Origin: a bacterium
GTDB taxonomy: Bacteria > Patescibacteriota > Microgenomatia > UBA1400 > UBA12108
Reading direction: 5' to 3'
Assembly (NCBI GenBank): GCA_021788365.1
Contig: JAJYKS010000001.1
Span: 137,962 to 201,961, forward strand
Length of the DNA stretch: 64,000 nucleotides
Shown here: positions 48,801 to 57,733 of the stretch, piece after piece
Layout: each line of letters begins with the position of its first letter
Numbering within the stretch: the stretch's first letter is position 1
The notes under the pieces: generated by a model
Databases searched by the model: none
Told to the model about the DNA's origin: nothing
The model's input: the letters and a program-made list of their open reading frames with translations, nothing else
Position numbers and translations under genes: made by a program

Positions 48801-50390
48801 GTATTCCTGAAAAATCATTAACTCATCTTTAAGACTTGTTAGAACATTAATATATTCCTTTAGGAGGTTAATATTATTTATTTGTTCTTTACTTTCGAAA
48901 TACTCATTACTATCAATTACATTGAACTCCCCGAGTTCTTTTATCCTAATGGGCGAATCTTCCGCTGATTTATACTTCTTCCGCTCTTCTATCTTAAGTT
49001 CAGAAAATTTATTAGATAGATTAGCAATTTTTTCTTTATTTATACGTAGGTTGTTCTTTATTTCGGTTAGTTCTGTATTAATTTCATACGTCGAGCCAAT
49101 CCCGAGTGAGTACACACTCAAAGCCTCGAGTTTAGCTCGAATGTCATCAGCAATTTTCGATTCCTTTTGGCCTCTAATGAGTGAGAGTTCTAGTGGGACC
49201 GTTAATTCTGGGTGTTTTGGTGCAGGTAGTGAGATATTTCTCTTAAGTTTGTCTCTAACTACTTCAAGAGCCTTGGGTTGCTGACTTGTCACTAATACAG
49301 ATTTTCCGCTTGCAATAAGATGGCATACTAAGTTTGATATTGTCTCTGATTTTCCAGTGCCAGGGGGTCCCCAAACTACGGTAAGTTTCTTTTCCATTGC
49401 AGCATCACAGATTCGCTGTTGATGAATATTTGACTTTAATGGAAAAAAATAATGATCTTGCTTTGGATTATTACTAGTTTGACTATCTTCAACATTCTCA
49501 TTTTCCTGAAAATTGACTGTCAACAACTCTTCAATGGGAGTGTTTTCAATAGTGTCGTTGATGGTCGATAATTGATCGAGATCATCTAAAACAAATGATC
49601 CTGTCCTTGGTGTATTGACCAAAACACCTGCATTGGCGACATATGCTTTTTCTTCAAGTGCGAGTATTTCATTTACCGAATTCAGCTTGTGAAAGATTTT
49701 AATGTCTCTAAAATCTTTTATATGGTTGGTAAGTAGTTCTACAAACTTATCTATAAATGAAGAGTCTATTTCTTCAGATTCTAGAAATATTTCATTAATT
49801 TCACTTCTTACGGGAATCATTGAATCGTCTGGCAAAAGGCTAGCAATTAGTCCGCGGTTTAGGTCTGGTTTACTTGCTAATCTAGTAATAGTAAACGCAG
49901 ATGTGGTGGGATCGTACGCAATGTCAACTTGATTTATTAAAAGCGGAGCAAAAAAGGTTTTCTTGTTTATCGATGCTTTTACAATATATTGCCCTAATAC
50001 TGTTTCTCGTTCGTATGGATTGTTTTCCTGAGTTCGCCAGATTTTATTGACTGCTGCCCAAGCGATATCTTCATCAGTTATCTCTAGCTCTCCAGCTTCT
50101 TCATCCTGGTTAACTTCTTCGAGAGCATTTTCTTCTTCCTCAAATTTTTTAGCAACAAGATCTTTTTTTGGCTTTTTTATTATTATTACTTCTTTTGCAA
50201 GATATTCTCTTTCTTTTATTAGCAGCGCGAGATCGGAAACCATACCATATCTTTGTCCTAGAGCAAGGTTCTGAAGTACTCTTGATGCTGATGAGGAAAC
50301 ATATTTGAGCACTTCTCTGTAATACTTAGCTAGACTTTGTAATAAAGCTGCCTCTACCGTTGGTTCATTTTTCAAGTTTGAATCTAGCAT
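45801..50390 (-). CDS. Large Upf1/DNA2-like SF1 helicase with C-terminal DUF559 (Vsr-like) endonuclease fold
   Basis: 1529 aa; Walker A VWGPPGTGKSETISNL, long coiled-coil insert, motif II VIVDESSQ, motif VI MNVAFTRARRKAIIF; C-terminal ECGGYRIDQVLF...LALECDGDFKFDD nuclease-like fold. Confidence 0.8.
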   Translation of the reverse strand: MLDSNLKNEPTVEAALLQSLAKYYREVLKYVSSSASRVLQNLALGQRYGMVSDLALLIKEREYLAKEVIIIKKPKKDLVAKKFEEEENALEEVNQDEEAGELEITDEDIAWAAVNKIWRTQENNPYERETVLGQYIVKASINKKTFFAPLLINQVDIAYDPTTSAFTITRLASKPDLNRGLIASLLPDDSMIPVRSEINEIFLESEEIDSSFIDKFVELLTNHIKDFRDIKIFHKLNSVNEILALEEKAYVANAGVLVNTPRTGSFVLDDLDQLSTINDTIENTPIEELLTVNFQENENVEDSQTSNNPKQDHYFFPLKSNIHQQRICDAAMEKKLTVVWGPPGTGKSETISNLVCHLIASGKSVLVTSQQPKALEVVRDKLKRNISLPAPKHPELTVPLELSLIRGQKESKIADDIRAKLEALSVYSLGIGSTYEINTELTEIKNNLRINKEKIANLSNKFSELKIEERKKYKSAEDSPIRIKELGEFNVIDSNEYFESKEQINNINLLKEYINVLTSLKDELMIFQEYKLTIKQVEVNIDTLNKMASNLNKVLTKSTSTNFDTKLFKDILGVSKDFKKVISYLDILLKYKDTISEFKNDVPLIADRTAVVDQIVKLSKLEYDKLLKLVKASNYCIDKHPNLNELLPLAENTRYTLFDLEQNLEIIKKSSLHLLSKFVDKKSVLAHEYIASIFGISQIDKRVKPLLIQKIEGIINIKKTLLNIEAVKTEISSYELISVELCNIKEYGSFYKLLQDILKLFKLFSELREHNLDELFNKTFDIDSERSLLDIKLCIESINNYRKLSSTSTPILELPDWTSPVSVQDMLRRIEDSTEKFKQFHRYQVVAGKLLTIPKSLKIIQELLIQNNYAVPKKLLEIENIVECHRLMRLYGDVVTETPGLIAKTIKQIESKNKALIHKYILFTRLKSLHEASGSRLANANLVKLKQLLGKKKKTLSFLKKKDSIDFSQVLYYFPCWIVSIDDISRYFPLQKGLFDYVIVDESSQCSQTAIPHLFYRAKNAIIVGDEKQLPSASLRFLQKGITDTLQRKYNLLNHDKSQFFDCKEFSLLTFAQAATPPIPLIEHFRCDPTIIAWSNKNVYNNMMKIMTPIWENRFNPPMEVRYIDSGSEDTEAKINRIEANEVLLTLKELVSDRSMNGLSLGVISPFRQQADYISELIYQNLSPDDIVNFGIQSRTVDGFQGDERDVILYSMRSAPDGKAGSVTSIEGGVNEEGFKRMNVAFTRARRKAIIFTSRKPSQFPGKLIKSFMEHAIHIQETYSDPLKPKDDHFDSMFEEDVCNIIRGRGINVVTQFECGGYRIDQVLFDKEGRTLALECDGDFKFDDSGELPPEHYQRQATIERITQWDVERLTASIFYRNPEEAIDNILASLAKQPTNTERKIEQYPIEDKELDTNITVLASEEADANAVLKVVESNPKISRAKQKLKKKNDKQTRLFVNTIPANLFTKKEYWFALAHWGKTTGKFSSFENRFCFSLGVYLSRKGHLTDKQQAYGEKIVNKALEADYLFEK

Positions 50391-50448
50391 GGGTAGAATT
50401 ATAGATTAGTTTAAGAGACAGTTAAAGAATATCCGATAGGAGATAGTC

Positions 50449-50676
50449 TTATGAAAATAGTTCCGAAAGCTTGATTTTGAGTGTTTTGGCAAGCTTACCT
50501 GTATTGTCTAGGGAAACATTCTGTTCGCCTCTTTCGATAGCACCAATATAAGTTCTGTGGATATTTGCCTTGAATCCTAGGTTCTCTTGAGAAAGTCCTA
50601 AGCTCTTGCGAATTTCTCTAACCCTTTGACCAAATTGCTTACGCAATCTCAGATTAGGTTTTTGTTTTGTCGTCAT
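50449..50676 (-). CDS. XRE-family (Cro/CI-like) HTH transcriptional regulator
   Basis: 75 aa; helix-turn-helix LGLSQENLGFKANIHRTYIGAIERG. Confidence 0.8.
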   Translation of the reverse strand: MTTKQKPNLRLRKQFGQRVREIRKSLGLSQENLGFKANIHRTYIGAIERGEQNVSLDNTGKLAKTLKIKLSELFS

Positions 50677-50785
50677 ATACTAGAGGTTATCTAGCTGCAG
50701 TCAATAACTCTACAGACAATAACTAGCAATTGTTCGCTATTCCTGATATATTGATGACAATAAATAGCACCTGGAAAGGAGTAAT

Positions 50786-51271
50786 ATGGCAGATGTATAT
50801 AAAAAGAAAAATTGGTTTGCCAGACACAAAATATTGACTGGCATCTTGGTAATTATTGCTATAGGGATGATTGGGAACGCTGCAGGGGGTAGCAATAAAG
50901 GCGACTCTAGCGCCGGATCTTCCCCTACTCCCAGTGCTCAAGAAATAACTTACGAAAAACTGGACACAAAGAGTTTTATCGCTGAGTTTGATCAGAATCA
51001 GCTAGCAGCTGAGAGTAAATATAAAGATAAATACGTCGAATTTAAGGGCGTGATTAAGAATATCTCTGAGGATATCGCGAGCAACCCATTTCTCTCGATT
51101 GAACCACCGACAACTGGTGACTACTACTATGGGACGACAATCAAATGCACTTTTAAGAGCAAGGATGAGCTGATGAACGTGCAGAACAAGCAGACGGTTA
51201 CGCTGCGTGGACAGGTGAAGAGTCAGACACTAGGAATTATCAGTTTGGATAAATGCTCGCTTATTAAGTAG
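50786..51271 (+). CDS. Hypothetical membrane-anchored protein
   Basis: 161 aa; N-terminal TM; AAGGAG RBS; divergent from XRE gene. Confidence 0.45.
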   Translation: MADVYKKKNWFARHKILTGILVIIAIGMIGNAAGGSNKGDSSAGSSPTPSAQEITYEKLDTKSFIAEFDQNQLAAESKYKDKYVEFKGVIKNISEDIASNPFLSIEPPTTGDYYYGTTIKCTFKSKDELMNVQNKQTVTLRGQVKSQTLGIISLDKCSLIK

Positions 51272-51326
51272 GAACAGAAATTGTAATTATACCTGGCAAG
51301 TTGTACCTACAAGGTATAATTAGCTT

Positions 51327-52037
51327 ATGGAGAAAAGAACTTATTTGACAGATTCGGCCATTATCCTGCAACATATGGCGAGGTTTAGGAAGGCGGTGGA
51401 AAAAATAAGAAGAAAATGGGGAGTCCCCAAGAACGGATATCCTGTAGAAGAAAGAGGAGCAGCCCATGCACGACTATATTGGGAAGGAAACGAAGACAAT
51501 GACCATAGTGATTATTCAGAACTTGGGAATGATTTTTTGCCTCCTACGACAAAAGTTCGAGGTCAACTAAGAGCCTTGTCAAGTCGATTTAACTTAGATT
51601 ATAGATGGCACGCATCCCTCTATACTCATATCTTGGGTGGGGGGAAAATTGACCCGCCTTTCGAAAATGTAAACATTGAAGTGCGGCTTAACGACGTACG
51701 ATTGCCAAAAGAGCAATGGGTAGTTAAGAGTCTGAAGATCGAAATTTATAAAGAAACTAGACTTAATGATATTCGTAAAGTATGGAAGAAAGTAAAAGAG
51801 TGGCAGGATATGATGCCAGCTGCCATGCCAGATCGTAAACGCACAAGTCGAAATGTAGATCGTTATGTAGCAGTCAGAGAATTAGAGGAAAAATGTTTCA
51901 GCCATAGGCAAATATTGGAGCAGGCGAAACTAGGTTTTGGCAATGACGTAAAAGCTGTTAGTCAACTTAAATCAGAAATGGAAAGTCGTTTTTCTAGTGG
52001 TCAATTTAAGAAAATCCGTACGTTAATGGACCGTTAA
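51327..52037 (+). CDS. Hypothetical protein (phage-like module)
   Basis: 236 aa basic protein; no motif. Confidence 0.4.
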   Translation: MEKRTYLTDSAIILQHMARFRKAVEKIRRKWGVPKNGYPVEERGAAHARLYWEGNEDNDHSDYSELGNDFLPPTTKVRGQLRALSSRFNLDYRWHASLYTHILGGGKIDPPFENVNIEVRLNDVRLPKEQWVVKSLKIEIYKETRLNDIRKVWKKVKEWQDMMPAAMPDRKRTSRNVDRYVAVRELEEKCFSHRQILEQAKLGFGNDVKAVSQLKSEMESRFSSGQFKKIRTLMDR

Positions 52038-52092
52038 TTGACGGTCGTTTCCTCTCCACGTTAGTATCATACTCCGCCTTGAAAGGAGGGGT

Positions 52093-53430
52093 ATGAACAA
52101 ACATACACCAAAAGAAATCCGTGAAGTGTCGGTGACTGAGTTAAAGCCGGCAACTTATAACCCCAGGAAATGGGATAAGGAGGCTATAGGCCAGCTTACT
52201 GAGAGTCTGACCCGGTTTGGATGTGTTGACCCGATTATTGTTAACAACGCGCAGGGTCGAGAAAACGTTGTGATTGGCGGGCATTTCCGTCTCAAGGTTG
52301 CAAAGGATCTGGGTTACACCACCATCCCTGTTGTATATGTCACTATTCCCGAAATAGAGCGAGAGAAAGAGCTTAATCTGCGGCTAAACCGTAACCTTGG
52401 AGAGTGGGATTGGGAAATCTTGACTCAGTTTGATGAATCGCTGCTTAATGATGTTGGCTTTAGCAGCGAAGAGTTGGACGAGATATTTACGTTAGACCCC
52501 GCCCCCGAGTATTTTGACCTCAAAAAAGAGTTGGCGAAACTTGAAATTTCTAAAGTAGCAATCCAAAAGGGAGATATCTACCAGCTCGGAGAAAGTCGAA
52601 TGATGTGCGGAGATTCCACCATAGAGGCTGACATGCTCAAGTTACTGGGTAACGAGCGGGCGGATATGGTGATGACAGATCCTCCTTATATACTGGATTA
52701 CCTGCACGCCAAGCGTCATGGCGAACCAACAACTGGGTTTGGGGCGAAGAAGAATCGACGCTATTTGGAAACAGACTTTCTCCCCGACAACTTTACCGAC
52801 CTGTGGATGGCTAACATCGCCAAAATTGCCAAGCCTAATTTTTCGATTATTGTCTATGAAAACTGGAAGAACCTGCGAACGATATGGGCTGGGATGGAAG
52901 CACAGAGCTTTAAGGTCCGAAATATGTTGGTTTGGCATATCCCTAACCGCCATCAGGGTTTTTCGGCAAAGTATAAATTCTTTTCGAAACATGATATAGC
53001 GATGGTCGGGACGCAAGGTGAAGTTAAACTTAATCTTGGAGATGAAGAGGAGCTAGTGCAAAACGAGTACGAGACTGCTCTTTTTGCCACTCAAGGCAAA
53101 CCAACTTGGGAAGGATATAAACAAGATAAGAAGAACCAACCCTCTGACTTTATCGAGCACATTGCCTGTGATGCTAAACAGACTGGACAAGACATTATCT
53201 TTGGCACGAAGCCCGTAGAAATTCTAATTCCTTACATTAAAGTGCTAACCAAACGAGGAGACTTAGTAGTCGAACCGTTTGGTGGGAGCGGCAGTACTCT
53301 TATAGCTTCCAGCATGATTAACCGCCGCTGCTACTTAATGGAAAAGTCACCGGTTTATGCCGAAGTGATCAGACATCGCTGGGAGAAGTGGAGCGGACAA
53401 AAGGTGATAAAGATAGAGGAGGCCAAATGA
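52093..53430 (+). CDS. ParB-like nuclease domain fused to N6/N4 DNA methyltransferase
   Basis: N-terminal ParB-N motifs (IVNNAQGRENVVIGGHFRL); C-terminal DPPY (MTDPPYILDY) and SAM-binding EPFGGSGST. Confidence 0.8.
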   Translation: MNKHTPKEIREVSVTELKPATYNPRKWDKEAIGQLTESLTRFGCVDPIIVNNAQGRENVVIGGHFRLKVAKDLGYTTIPVVYVTIPEIEREKELNLRLNRNLGEWDWEILTQFDESLLNDVGFSSEELDEIFTLDPAPEYFDLKKELAKLEISKVAIQKGDIYQLGESRMMCGDSTIEADMLKLLGNERADMVMTDPPYILDYLHAKRHGEPTTGFGAKKNRRYLETDFLPDNFTDLWMANIAKIAKPNFSIIVYENWKNLRTIWAGMEAQSFKVRNMLVWHIPNRHQGFSAKYKFFSKHDIAMVGTQGEVKLNLGDEEELVQNEYETALFATQGKPTWEGYKQDKKNQPSDFIEHIACDAKQTGQDIIFGTKPVEILIPYIKVLTKRGDLVVEPFGGSGSTLIASSMINRRCYLMEKSPVYAEVIRHRWEKWSGQKVIKIEEAK

Positions 53431-53831
53431 CGAAGACAGAGAGCACCAAGAGGAAAGTGCTTTCGTTTCTTGCTATAGCTCCGGTAGTAGAAGTAGCGGT
53501 AAAACGAGCGGGAGTTGCCCGAGCGACCTACTACCGCTGGCGTAAAAGTGATTCTGTTTTTGCCCAAGCTGCTGATGAAGCCATCGAACAAAGTTGCCAC
53601 CTAGTAAACGATCTTGCCGAATCCCAACTAATTAGCGAGATTAAAGCTAAGAATATGACCGCCATTATGTTTTGGTTAAAACACCGACATGCAGGATACC
53701 GCAACAAGCTGGAGCTATCAGGGAAAGTTGAAACTGAGAGCAATAAGTTGTCGCCGGAACAAGAAGAGGTTGTGAAACGAGCGTTAGAAAATGCAGGATT
53801 GCTGCCACTGGAGTCTACTAATGAAACTTAA
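53427..53831 (+). CDS. Putative terminase small subunit (HTH)
   Basis: GAGGAGG RBS before ATG 53427; HTH-like region GVARATYYRWRKS; immediately upstream of large terminase. Confidence 0.45.
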   Translation: MTKTESTKRKVLSFLAIAPVVEVAVKRAGVARATYYRWRKSDSVFAQAADEAIEQSCHLVNDLAESQLISEIKAKNMTAIMFWLKHRHAGYRNKLELSGKVETESNKLSPEQEEVVKRALENAGLLPLESTNET

Positions 53832-55275
53832 TCAGACATATGACCCACGCTTATGGGAACAAATCCGCATAAATAAGGAGCTGAGAGTCAAACTAGCATC
53901 CGAAAGCTTGTATTGGTTTTTCCATCTCTATTTTGGAGAAAATGCGAACTACCCCACGGCTGAGTTTCAAAAAGAGATATATGCAATACTGGAAGACCCA
54001 AACGCTAAACACGTCGTGATCGTAGCTTTTCGCGGATCTGGAAAATCGACAATTGCTACCCTGGCTTACCCCATTTGGGCAATTTTAGGTAAACCGGCTA
54101 ATAAGTTTGTGCTTATTCTGAGCCAGACCCAGTCGCTCGCCCGGTCGCATCTACAAAATATTAAACGGGCTTTTGAGGGAAATGAGCTACTACGGAATGA
54201 CTTTGGACCAATTAATGAAATGAGTGACGAATGGGGATCCACGTCTTTGGTAATCCCGAAATACAATGCCAGAATCAGTACCGCTTCAACGGACCAAAGT
54301 ATCCGGGGAATCAGGCATGGCGCACATAGGCCAGACTTGATTATTGCGGATGACGTCGAAGATATAAGTTCTGTCCAAACCCAAGAAGGACGTGACCGGA
54401 CATACGAGTGGTTTGTATCAGAAGCCATACCAGTAGGAGACAAAGAAACCAAGATTGTGAATATCGGCAATTTACTGCACGAGGATTCACTCCTTATGCG
54501 GCTGCGAGAAAAAATGGAATCAAAGACACTACCTGGCGTATACCGAGAATACCCGATAATCGACAAAAACAACATACCGCTGTGGCCGGGGAAATATCCG
54601 ACTACAGAAGATATTGAAGAACAGAAAAGAAAAATCATGGACGAGCGAGCGTGGTTGAGGGAATATTGTTTGAAAATCGTGGCAGCAGACGGACAGCTAA
54701 TTAAACCAGAGTGGATCCATACTTACTTTAAGTTACCAGAGACTAGTGAGGATTCTTTCTCGCACGCGGCTTTTGCGGTGGATTTAGCGATTACACAAGG
54801 CTTAAATTCTGATTACACAGCGATAGTGTCGGCACACATTTTCCATGATGCTAACGACAAGATCACTATTTACATCTTGCCAAACCTAATAAATGAAAGA
54901 GTGGACTTCCCGACTATGGTGGAGACGGTGAAAATGTTTAAAAGAACATTGCTGCCCAGCCATCGAGTCGAGACCTATGTAGAAAGTAATGGGTTCCAAG
55001 TGTCGCTAGTACAACAGCTTAATAATGAGGGATATGATGATATCAACAGTGTGAAAGTAAGTGCCAATAAGCGGATACGTTTACAAAATACAACTCATCT
55101 TTTAAAGAATGGATCGATTCTTTTCCCACAGCATGGCTGCGAACAGTTAATAACTCAATTAGTAGGTTTTGGCAAAGAAAAACATGATGATTTGGCCGAT
55201 GCTTTTTCACTGTTAGTCAACCAAATAATGGTAAATGAAAAACCGACGCCGGGAATATTTGTTATTGAATACTAG
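53821..55275 (+). CDS. Phage terminase large subunit
   Basis: Walker A-like VVIVAFRGSGKST, acidic IIADDVED motif, C-terminal RNaseH-like nuclease region. Confidence 0.75.
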   Translation: MKLNQTYDPRLWEQIRINKELRVKLASESLYWFFHLYFGENANYPTAEFQKEIYAILEDPNAKHVVIVAFRGSGKSTIATLAYPIWAILGKPANKFVLILSQTQSLARSHLQNIKRAFEGNELLRNDFGPINEMSDEWGSTSLVIPKYNARISTASTDQSIRGIRHGAHRPDLIIADDVEDISSVQTQEGRDRTYEWFVSEAIPVGDKETKIVNIGNLLHEDSLLMRLREKMESKTLPGVYREYPIIDKNNIPLWPGKYPTTEDIEEQKRKIMDERAWLREYCLKIVAADGQLIKPEWIHTYFKLPETSEDSFSHAAFAVDLAITQGLNSDYTAIVSAHIFHDANDKITIYILPNLINERVDFPTMVETVKMFKRTLLPSHRVETYVESNGFQVSLVQQLNNEGYDDINSVKVSANKRIRLQNTTHLLKNGSILFPQHGCEQLITQLVGFGKEKHDDLADAFSLLVNQIMVNEKPTPGIFVIEY

Positions 55276-55299
55276 ACTTACTCGAGGCTTCACGGTACT

Positions 55300-56604
55300 G
55301 TGTGTCCTGCCATGGATACCCCTACCCCATCCCTAAAATATGTCCTGTATGCCCGTAAATCTAGCGAGCAGGATGAGCGACAGGCGATGTCTATCGACTC
55401 ACAAATCAAGGAGATGGGAGAGTTGGCAGTACGAGATGGCGCTACAGTGCTCGATATCCGGCAAGAAAGTCATTCTGCCAAACAATCAGGCCAACGTCCT
55501 GAGTTTATGCGTGTACTACAAGATATTCGAGATGGCACATTTAACGCAATACTAACTTGGGCACCAGACCGACTATCGCGGAATGCGGGAGACCTTGGGA
55601 TGTTAGTAGACCTAATGGATCAAGGAAAGCTTGTGCAGATTAAGACTCCTACCCAGACATTCGCCAATAACCCGAATGAGAAGTTTCTCCTTATGATCCT
55701 ATGCTCGCAGGCTAAGCTCGAGAATGATCAGAAAAGCCTGAATGTTAAGCGGGGAATACGCGCCAAGTGTGAGATGGGCTGGAGGCCGGGGCCGCCACCA
55801 ATCGGCTACTATAACCGGACAATGGCGGGATTAAGGGATATTATTGTTGACCCTGACCGAGGATATGTGATAAAGCAGATGTTTGAAAAGTCTAGGGATG
55901 GATGTGGGGGACGGGCCATTGATCGCTGGTTTCAGGAGATTGGCTTTACGACCAGGAAAGGTAAACGAGTAACCCTATCGCAGATTTACCTAATGCTGCG
56001 GAATCCTTTTTACCATGGTGCATTCGAGTACCCCAAAGGTAGCGGTAGGCTTTACCAAGGAGCTCACACGCCCCTAGTATCGAAAGAATTATTTGAGGAT
56101 GTACAAAAGAAATTAACGGTTCCAGTTAAAGCCAAGTGGGGTGGTAAAGACTTTGCATTTAAAGGAGTGTTCTTATGTGCAACTTGCGGAAGTAGCGTGA
56201 TTGGGGACGAAAAATTACGTAAGCGTAAATGGGCTGAGCCAAAGCGTCATATTTATTATCATTGCACGAGGAAACGTAACTATGATTGCCCAGAGCCCCC
56301 TACCACTGAGGAAGAGTTGACGAGAGAATTAGTCCGCTATATTCGCTTGATTGAGAATGTGAAGCCACAATATATTAAATACTCGCCTCGACTCTCTAAG
56401 CGGATTGAACATTTTAAGAGTCTGCGCGACCAGGTTTTCTTAACTGGCGATGTTGACCCAGACAAGCATACGCTCAGGTTTAATGACTATGTGAAGTACG
56501 TTATGCAGATGGGGAGTTTGGAGGAGAAAAGGGACGCAGTGTTAGCTGTTAACAGACAGTTATATCTCCATAACAAATCAATTATTGTGAGTCCGATTGT
56601 GTAG
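55300..56604 (+). CDS. Large serine recombinase (integrase)
   Basis: Resolvase catalytic domain (YARKSSEQDERQ with catalytic Ser, DRLSRN), recombinase domain, zinc-ribbon CATCGS...YYHCTRKRNYDC. Confidence 0.85.
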   Translation: MCPAMDTPTPSLKYVLYARKSSEQDERQAMSIDSQIKEMGELAVRDGATVLDIRQESHSAKQSGQRPEFMRVLQDIRDGTFNAILTWAPDRLSRNAGDLGMLVDLMDQGKLVQIKTPTQTFANNPNEKFLLMILCSQAKLENDQKSLNVKRGIRAKCEMGWRPGPPPIGYYNRTMAGLRDIIVDPDRGYVIKQMFEKSRDGCGGRAIDRWFQEIGFTTRKGKRVTLSQIYLMLRNPFYHGAFEYPKGSGRLYQGAHTPLVSKELFEDVQKKLTVPVKAKWGGKDFAFKGVFLCATCGSSVIGDEKLRKRKWAEPKRHIYYHCTRKRNYDCPEPPTTEEELTRELVRYIRLIENVKPQYIKYSPRLSKRIEHFKSLRDQVFLTGDVDPDKHTLRFNDYVKYVMQMGSLEEKRDAVLAVNRQLYLHNKSIIVSPIV

Positions 56605-57733
56605 AAAATGATAATCTCATTTGTATTTCCGGAATTACTTTCCCAGTAGGTAGTCTGGCAATGTCGTCAAATACTCCAGATTTGTCGGTCTTGACGAATC
56701 CCATGTGCTCATAAAAGCCAATCGCATGATTGTTATACTCTACAACGTTGACGAGAATGTCTTTAGTGTTGCCCAGCCAAGAAAAGGCAAGTTCGATTAA
56801 CCTCTTCCCGGTACCGGTTCCCTGGTACTTAGGGAGCACATAGATCGCCATAATGCGATTGATACTCCTTTCTTTGATAGCGTGACAGAAACCGATAATT
56901 TTCCCCTTATCTTCGGCTACCCAAATATGAATGTTGGGATCACTGTACCTTGCTTTCCTTCGTTCGAGTTTCGCTTTGGTTTTTACTGGATCATCCTCTT
57001 TATAAACACTTTCAACATCTTCGATAGTGATCCCTGCTTCTTTGTTTGGATAGGTTGCGAGCCAAGTTTGGTGTGCCACCTCGTTAATTCCTGGCAAATC
57101 GTCTACTGCTGAATCACGAATCACGATGTTTTGTAACAATTTCTTGCGGATGGCATTGTTGCTTGTTATTCCGTGATCACCTCCTAGCTTATACAGAAAG
57201 CTCTGCCAGCCAAAAGACTTCGCAGCCTCTACGTTATCTTCTGCATCATCAATGAGCAAGATACTGCTCCCGATTTCATGAATTTTTGTTTCAACGTATT
57301 GAAAGATGGCCGGATCAGGTTTTCGCAGTTTAATATCTGAGGATTCAAAAATATACTCAAAGTTTTCCATACCTTTTATATGTAATAATTTTGGTCCCAT
57401 GTCGTTCCAGTTATTTGTAAGAATCGTTAAATGGTAGCCTGCATTTTTTAGTTCGCTAACTAAATTGATCGTATCTTGTAACCAAAACTCTTCTGACCAC
57501 CACATATCTGTTACTCTACTTAGCTCATTTTGTTTATTAAGTGGTTTTAGAATATCAAGCCATACCTGATCAAAAGTGATGGTGCCAAGTTCTCCGCTGC
57601 CGATATATTTATCCAAAACACTCATGATGTGATTTGAGTCAGTTTCCAAGTGCTTGTTGATTGCATCGAAAGCGCGTTTATAGTCGAAGAGTACTCCGCC
57701 AACATCGAAGATTATCCATTTTGGTTTAATCAT
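56582..57733 (-). CDS. HAD-family hydrolase fused to GNAT acetyltransferase
   Basis: N-terminal IIFDVGGVLFDY (HAD-IA variant motif I), KPD motif; C-terminal GNAT Q/RxxGxG/A (YQGTGTGKRL). Confidence 0.65.
   Translation of the reverse strand: MIKPKWIIFDVGGVLFDYKRAFDAINKHLETDSNHIMSVLDKYIGSGELGTITFDQVWLDILKPLNKQNELSRVTDMWWSEEFWLQDTINLVSELKNAGYHLTILTNNWNDMGPKLLHIKGMENFEYIFESSDIKLRKPDPAIFQYVETKIHEIGSSILLIDDAEDNVEAAKSFGWQSFLYKLGGDHGITSNNAIRKKLLQNIVIRDSAVDDLPGINEVAHQTWLATYPNKEAGITIEDVESVYKEDDPVKTKAKLERRKARYSDPNIHIWVAEDKGKIIGFCHAIKERSINRIMAIYVLPKYQGTGTGKRLIELAFSWLGNTKDILVNVVEYNNHAIGFYEHMGFVKTDKSGVFDDIARLPTGKVIPEIQMRLSFSTQSDSQ

Noticed and set aside
46003-50274. Multiple plus-strand ORFs (for example 46003..46266, 48157..48489, 48922..49284, 50047..50274) inside the helicase gene
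   Set aside because: They lie antisense to a long, well-supported minus-strand CDS. Their translations are low-complexity Ser/Phe/Leu-rich, as expected from antisense reading of AT-rich coding DNA.
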